Shown: positions 58,945 through 64,000 of the stretch, piece after piece
Position numbering within the stretch: the first letter of the stretch is position 1
Layout of the letters: every line of letters begins with the position of its first letter
From: an uncultured Phycisphaerales bacterium
Lineage (GTDB): Bacteria; Planctomycetota; Phycisphaerae; Sedimentisphaerales; Anaerobacaceae
Direction: 5' to 3'
Length of the DNA stretch: 64,000 nucleotides
Assembly (NCBI GenBank): GCA_963718665.1
Contig: OY970359.1
Location: 1,024,001 to 1,088,000 of the forward strand
The notes under the pieces: model-generated
Seen by the model: only the letters and a program-made list of their open reading frames with translations
Told to the model about the DNA's origin: nothing
Database searches by the model: none
Translations under genes and position numbers: made by a program

Positions 58945-60454
58945 GAAAAATATCATCAAATTATCGCTCGTCGCCTCTTACATTCTCGCCGCCTTTATCG
59001 CCGGCTGCTTCCCAAAGGATTCCCTCCAATGGTCCAAAGACGGCTCCACCGGCATCTACAGTAAAAACGGTGCCCTGTTTATCGTCGATGGCAATACCGG
59101 CTCTCTTACACAAGTCGCCCCCAAAGAAACCACCACGAACTGGCCCGCCATATCGCCCGATGGCGCTATGATTGCTTTTGGCAGCACCGTCAAAGTCGAC
59201 CAATTCAACAATGCCTTGAAGCAGCTCCCGCAGAACCAGGTCAAACTCATCGAGACACACGCTGAAATCCTCAAACAAAAAATCCTTGCCGAAGGAATCA
59301 AAGACGGCAACTTCCCCTTCATCGGAAACCCCGTCGCCACAGACAAAGGCCCAAAGGATTCCTTCAATGACCAGCACATCGCCTGGGTCCAAAGATACCT
59401 CGTCGAAAAAGCGGACAAACAGCTTACCGAAAAAATAGGTCCCGACCTTATCAATAAAACCAAATCCAAAGACCTGACTTATTGCCGGCTCGTTTGTGCC
59501 CCGACCTCTGACCCCAACAACCACAAAGTCCTCACAACAAATGAACAGACGCTTTGGCGCATCCGCTTCTCGCCCGACTCCCGCCTTATCGCTTTTGGCC
59601 AAGACCGTATCTATGGCTCCGCCTGGGACGTTGGCTTCGACCTCTACATTGTTTCATTAACCGAAAGCTTCACCCCGGCATTCATTGCACCAGCCGTGGC
59701 TTTTGGCTATGACTTCAAATCCGATTCCCGTGCAATCGCATATATCAAGCCCGAGAATGAATTCTTCGACGCCAGGAAAACTCTCGGCTCGCTCGTCGAG
59801 CGGACCGTCATCGACCCCAATGGAAAATTCCTCGTCTCACCTGCCCTGAGCGGGGTCGGGGGGTCTGAACGTCTCGACGGCAACAACTCCCCCGCACTAT
59901 ATGTCTGCACAGGCACCGCTATGGAACTCGCTGGCCTCTTGTATCACCCCTGGATGTGTGCCTCTTATGCCGCTGATAACCGTATCTTCTTCGCATCCGT
60001 AAAAATGTCACTGCCATCCAGTAAGCTCTACGAAGAAGAGCAAAGCGTATTCTGCTGCGATTTACTCATCTACGCAATCAGCGAACTTTCACCTCGCGTC
60101 CCCGATGAGTGGCAGGGAAATTTGTATCTTTTCGCGCTTTCCGGCGATTCCCGTAAAATCCTCATACCGGGGAAGAAAAACATCCTTGGCCTTTATGCCC
60201 TCGGCCCAGACCTCGATAAAACGAAAGTCATCGTTGACACAAACGAGTCCTTCGGGGATGACTCGCCGCCAAAACTCGTCTCGCAATGGAAAGGCCCCGA
60301 CCAGCTTTCCTGCCTTGTCTCTGAAAAGTCCCGTTATCTGACTACCGACCCGAATACTCCTCACCGCAGAAAGGAAATCGTCATTCTTGACGCAGAGGGC
60401 AAACTCGTAAAAATTCTGAGCAAGGACTGGCCGGACGAGCTTCTCGATTATTGA
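58937..60454 (+). CDS. Lipoprotein with TolB/WD40-like beta-propeller repeats
   Basis: AAGGAG then ATG 58937; lipobox FIAGC; WSKDG, ISPDG, FSPDSR. Confidence 0.75.
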   Translation: MTKKNIIKLSLVASYILAAFIAGCFPKDSLQWSKDGSTGIYSKNGALFIVDGNTGSLTQVAPKETTTNWPAISPDGAMIAFGSTVKVDQFNNALKQLPQNQVKLIETHAEILKQKILAEGIKDGNFPFIGNPVATDKGPKDSFNDQHIAWVQRYLVEKADKQLTEKIGPDLINKTKSKDLTYCRLVCAPTSDPNNHKVLTTNEQTLWRIRFSPDSRLIAFGQDRIYGSAWDVGFDLYIVSLTESFTPAFIAPAVAFGYDFKSDSRAIAYIKPENEFFDARKTLGSLVERTVIDPNGKFLVSPALSGVGGSERLDGNNSPALYVCTGTAMELAGLLYHPWMCASYAADNRIFFASVKMSLPSSKLYEEEQSVFCCDLLIYAISELSPRVPDEWQGNLYLFALSGDSRKILIPGKKNILGLYALGPDLDKTKVIVDTNESFGDDSPPKLVSQWKGPDQLSCLVSEKSRYLTTDPNTPHRRKEIVILDAEGKLVKILSKDWPDELLDY

Positions 60455-60468
60455 TTTTTAGTGACCAC

Positions 60469-60502
60469 AAAAAGGCCGGACGCCTCAACCGCCCGGCCTT
60501 TT
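60469..60502. terminator. Bidirectional terminator
   Basis: AAAAGGCCGG..CCGGCCTTTT between convergent genes. Confidence 0.7.
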
Positions 60503-60508
60503 ATATTT

Positions 60509-60703
60509 CTACAGTTTCCACGCCTTTGCAAACGCTTTGAAGCTTCTGTCGTATGTTCTTTCGACTTCTGGCGGGAAGCAGCAGCCGGGAAGTTGTCTTG
60601 CGGACAAGTGATAGGCGATACATTCGCAGCACATACCTGTTTTATCGCAGCCCGCATACGTGCAGGTGCAATTCTTCAAATTTTCCTTTTTCCGGCATTC
60701 CAT
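60509..60703 (-). CDS. Small Cys-rich protein (DUF6485-like)
   Basis: CTCTY..C..G.CCECIAYH..LPGCCF..E.TYDRS. Confidence 0.75.
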   Translation of the reverse strand: MECRKKENLKNCTCTYAGCDKTGMCCECIAYHLSARQLPGCCFPPEVERTYDRSFKAFAKAWKL

Positions 60704-60718
60704 CGTTCACCTTTTAGC

Positions 60719-63700
60719 TTATTCTATTGTAAATTCGTAAATACTGATGCTAAGCGCGGGCGATTTAAGTTTATTCGATAATCCTTCGACGGTTTTCCCC
60801 TCGATTGTTACCATCGGCTTTTTGCCCGGCACATTACACGCAAGGGGGTCGGTGCCTGTGATAACCCAGAGTTTTCCCTTGTCGGCGACCTTAATGCCTT
60901 TCAACACCAATGGCAAATCACGCTGTTTATCCGTCGGGTTGACAACCGCGATGGTTATCGCCTTGCGGTCGCTCTTTAATGCCGCCGCGACATCGAGAGG
61001 CCATATATTACTGGCTTTAACCTCAACAGGTATTTCGCCGAAGTGCTGCCTGTAAAGTTTCAGCGTAACTCCCGTGGTATCGAGAATTGACGTGGTGCGG
61101 GATGTTTTGATTGCGCCGATGACGTTGACCGTCTGGGCGTAGTTGGCCATAAAGTAAATATCACTGTTTCTGAAATACTCGTGCAGGCCGGTCGCGACGC
61201 CGAGCGCGTCTTTGAGATGATACTGCACCCCCAGCTCGCCGTAGATGTAATTGCCATACCAGTAGTTCCATTCATCCATCGCTATGCGGATATCTTTGCC
61301 CGCAAGCTCATTAACATCCCTGCGATATTTTCTGTGCGCATCCGCCACCCGTTTTATTTCGTTGGCAAGCTGTTTAGTATGTTTGATGACATCTTTATTT
61401 TCTTTGCAGTAGATGTGTTCACTGATAAGGTTCATATACCCCGAGCAAACCTTCAGCATCGTTTCGCTCCATTTGCCGACGCTGCCTACGCCGACGAGTT
61501 TGGCGCTGGGGTCAACCTTCCAGATTGCCTCGGCCACAAGGTTGTGTTTTTTTACGTATTCCGCCAAAGGTATATGCCCCAGTTGCCAGTCGCCAAACAT
61601 TTCGTTGCCCACTGCCCACCATTTGACGCCCCACGGCTCAGGATGACCATTCTGCGCCCGCAGTTTACCCATCGGCGTGTCTGCCGAGCCGTTGAAATAC
61701 TCAACTTCTGCCGCTGCTTCCTCAATAGTTCCGCGACCTGTATTAATCGCGACATAGGGTTGGGCCCCGATGAGTCCCATCAAGTCCATAAATTCGTGTA
61801 TGCCTACGTCGTTGTGCTCGATGCCTTTCCACGCGGGGTTTTTGCGGGGCGGCCTTTTATCCTGCTCGCCAATGCCGTCGCGCCAGTTGTAGCCGCTGAC
61901 GAAATTGCCGCCCGGCCAGCGGTATATCGGCGAATCAAGCTCCCTGAGCAACGCGACGACGTCGCTTCGCCAGCCCTTGATGTTATCCGCGGGCATAAGC
62001 GATAGTGTCCCTATTCTGACTGTCCCTTTGCCTTTGCCGACAATTTCCAGCCGAACGTTGTCACTCGATTCCGGCGCGGTGAAAGCGAAAAGGTATGGCT
62101 TGAATTCCGGGCTTATTTTACCGACGTCGATATTAATCGCATCACCAGTATCGGGCACGATACGCACAATGACAGGCCCGGCGGATTTGTCTCCGGCGAG
62201 TATAATCCTGCCCATGTACCCTTTATCCTTCACAATCGCCAAACCATCCTGCGAAATGCCGGCCTCGTTGCCGTCGTCGGTAAGGTGAATGGCCGGCGTA
62301 TGGCTGCCGACGTACGGGTTATTCGTATCCATCGTTACTGTGCCCGCAGGCCCGATTACCTTCCACGGCGAGGTCTTGAGATATTTATACAGCCCGGTGT
62401 TCCATTGCGGGTCCTTATCTGTCCCCCACGGATTGTATTTATCCGTGATTGGGTAGAAAAATTTGCGGTCCTCCAGCATCTCCGCCCATAGCCCGCCGTA
62501 AATGCACCGGCCGAGGTGCTCGATGAACTGCCCGTATATGTATTTCGATATCGGCTCCCTGGTTTTGGCCGCATCGATTTCGACCTTCGTCAGCATTTCT
62601 TCAGACGGTTTTGTCAGCCACACCGCCATCGGTCCCTGGACGCGGTTCGCCCAGGCGTAATACGGAATCATCGTTAAATCGTTCCGTGAGCCATCGGGCG
62701 AAATTGCCCTTGCGTGTACTATCATGATGCCGCCTAACAAGTCCTTAATCAAGTCGCACCATAACGGCACTTCGTCAATAAGAGATAAGTTGAGAACATT
62801 CGCGTCGCTGCCGGGCCACTCCGCGCAATAAACTATCGGCCCCTTTTCAACCGCCATCCTGCCCGCGTCCGCGGCGACATTGAGATTCGCGACGACGTAT
62901 CTGGCGGGCATAGGCATCTCCATCTCGATAACGTCACGCTTTTGCCACTGCCGGTCGATGAACGCGAATCCGTTTTTAATATCGGGCCTAATAACCTGAC
63001 CATCGAGCTTGAATTCAATCGGCGAGACATTGCTGTCGATATAACTATACAAATCGCTGGGCACGGGTCTGCCCTGCGTCCAGCCGGGAATTCTAACAGC
63101 CACTGCAAATTTCCCTGTCCCCGCCGGCTCAACGGTTATCTTCACCGCGCCGTCCCATGGGTACCATGTCTCCTGTTTGATTCGCACGGTGTTACTTTGC
63201 AGCTTGATTGTCGTTTCGGAGGCGACGAACAAATTCACATATATCGTATCGTCTGCTTTTGCGAAAATATATCCCGGCAGTGAAGCGATGAACCTCGCTA
63301 TATTAGGCGGGCAGCAGGCACAGCCAAACCATGATTCGCGTTTATGCTGCCCGTTTGATTCAAGAGGGTTAACATAAAAGAATTTATCTCCGCTCAGCGA
63401 CACTCCTGAAATAAGGCCGTTGTAAATCGTTTTCTCGAACACGTCGAGATACTTCGCCTCGCCCGTCAGCCGGAACATTTTGTAATTCCACATCGCGCCG
63501 CCTATTGCCGCACACGTTTCGCAGTAGGCAGTCGCATTCGGCAGCTCATAATTCTTTCCGAATGCCTCGCCATCGCCTTTTGCCCCAAGTCCTCCCGTGA
63601 TATACATTTTTTTGCCGACGACGTTATCCCATAGCCGCTTGACCGCGTCGGCGTATCTTTCGTCGCCAGTCAGCGCGGCGATATCCGTCATCCCCCCGTA

Positions 63701-64000
63701 CATATACATCGCCCGCACCGCGTGCCCGACCGCCTCATTTTGGTCAACGGGTTTTTTGTTCGCCTGGTTATATTCGCCGCCGCCAGGCCCGCGAACATCC
63801 AAAAAGAACTTAGCCAGATTCAAATACTTCTCGTTGCCCGTCACCCGGTAGAGCTTGACCAATCCCATTTCAACTTCCTCGTGTCCCGGCCATTTGCGCA
63901 ACTTGTTCGGCCCGAACGTTTTATCCAGCAAATCCGCGTTCTTTATCGCGATATCGAGCAGGTTGTGTTTACCTGTTGCGAGATAATGTGCTGCCGCCGC
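60719..64000 (-). CDS. GH127 beta-L-arabinofuranosidase fused to GH51 alpha-L-arabinofuranosidase (5' end outside the window)
   Basis: GH127: GHEE, GHAVRA, YCETCA, WFGCACCP; GH51: GQFIEHLGRCIYGG, RWPGGNF, GNE, DEWN, AQTVNV. Confidence 0.9.
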   Translation of the reverse strand, partial: AAAAHYLATGKHNLLDIAIKNADLLDKTFGPNKLRKWPGHEEVEMGLVKLYRVTGNEKYLNLAKFFLDVRGPGGGEYNQANKKPVDQNEAVGHAVRAMYMYGGMTDIAALTGDERYADAVKRLWDNVVGKKMYITGGLGAKGDGEAFGKNYELPNATAYCETCAAIGGAMWNYKMFRLTGEAKYLDVFEKTIYNGLISGVSLSGDKFFYVNPLESNGQHKRESWFGCACCPPNIARFIASLPGYIFAKADDTIYVNLFVASETTIKLQSNTVRIKQETWYPWDGAVKITVEPAGTGKFAVAVRIPGWTQGRPVPSDLYSYIDSNVSPIEFKLDGQVIRPDIKNGFAFIDRQWQKRDVIEMEMPMPARYVVANLNVAADAGRMAVEKGPIVYCAEWPGSDANVLNLSLIDEVPLWCDLIKDLLGGIMIVHARAISPDGSRNDLTMIPYYAWANRVQGPMAVWLTKPSEEMLTKVEIDAAKTREPISKYIYGQFIEHLGRCIYGGLWAEMLEDRKFFYPITDKYNPWGTDKDPQWNTGLYKYLKTSPWKVIGPAGTVTMDTNNPYVGSHTPAIHLTDDGNEAGISQDGLAIVKDKGYMGRIILAGDKSAGPVIVRIVPDTGDAINIDVGKISPEFKPYLFAFTAPESSDNVRLEIVGKGKGTVRIGTLSLMPADNIKGWRSDVVALLRELDSPIYRWPGGNFVSGYNWRDGIGEQDKRPPRKNPAWKGIEHNDVGIHEFMDLMGLIGAQPYVAINTGRGTIEEAAAEVEYFNGSADTPMGKLRAQNGHPEPWGVKWWAVGNEMFGDWQLGHIPLAEYVKKHNLVAEAIWKVDPSAKLVGVGSVGKWSETMLKVCSGYMNLISEHIYCKENKDVIKHTKQLANEIKRVADAHRKYRRDVNELAGKDIRIAMDEWNYWYGNYIYGELGVQYHLKDALGVATGLHEYFRNSDIYFMANYAQTVNVIGAIKTSRTTSILDTTGVTLKLYRQHFGEIPVEVKASNIWPLDVAAALKSDRKAITIAVVNPTDKQRDLPLVLKGIKVADKGKLWVITGTDPLACNVPGKKPMVTIEGKTVEGLSNKLKSPALSISIYEFTIE

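Noticed and set aside
1..64000. CRISPR array or cas genes
   Set aside because: No regularly spaced identical repeats with unique spacers and no Cas-like ORFs; the repeats seen are palindromic or short tandem types.

Overview
Bacterial chromosomal window. Gene content and secreted-protein style (planctomycete-type pilM cluster, dockerin-like C-terminus, PEP-CTERM, HNH-AP2 gene) suggest a Planctomycetota genome, probably Phycisphaerae/Sedimentisphaerales; this is inference, not a database result. It holds housekeeping genes (trxB, trxA, scpA, trpS, trmB, mtaB, purC, Xaa-Pro peptidase) and an alpha-glucan/glycogen cluster (CBM48, GH57, GT4, DUF3536-GH57, malQ, glgP) wrapped around a multi-kinase signalling block and csrA. 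It also holds secreted enzymes (C10 peptidase, GH12, a GH127-GH51 fusion), a pilM-type operon, an ECF sigma operon, and an AT-rich island (tRNA-like element, HEPN / hypothetical / TIGR04255-like trio, IS5-like element). The most striking observation is a 308-bp cassette encoding only a GIY-YIG nuclease. It has 17-bp perfect terminal inverted repeats and a 9-bp direct repeat, sits exactly on the start codon of a response regulator, and supplies that gene a replacement RBS and ATG. Also notable: a tRNA-like element with Arg identity features but a Ser (GCT) anticodon, a shared palindromic operator upstream of four transcription units, and several nested families of small repeats, some inside coding sequences. 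No CRISPR array, rRNA or reverse transcriptase was seen.
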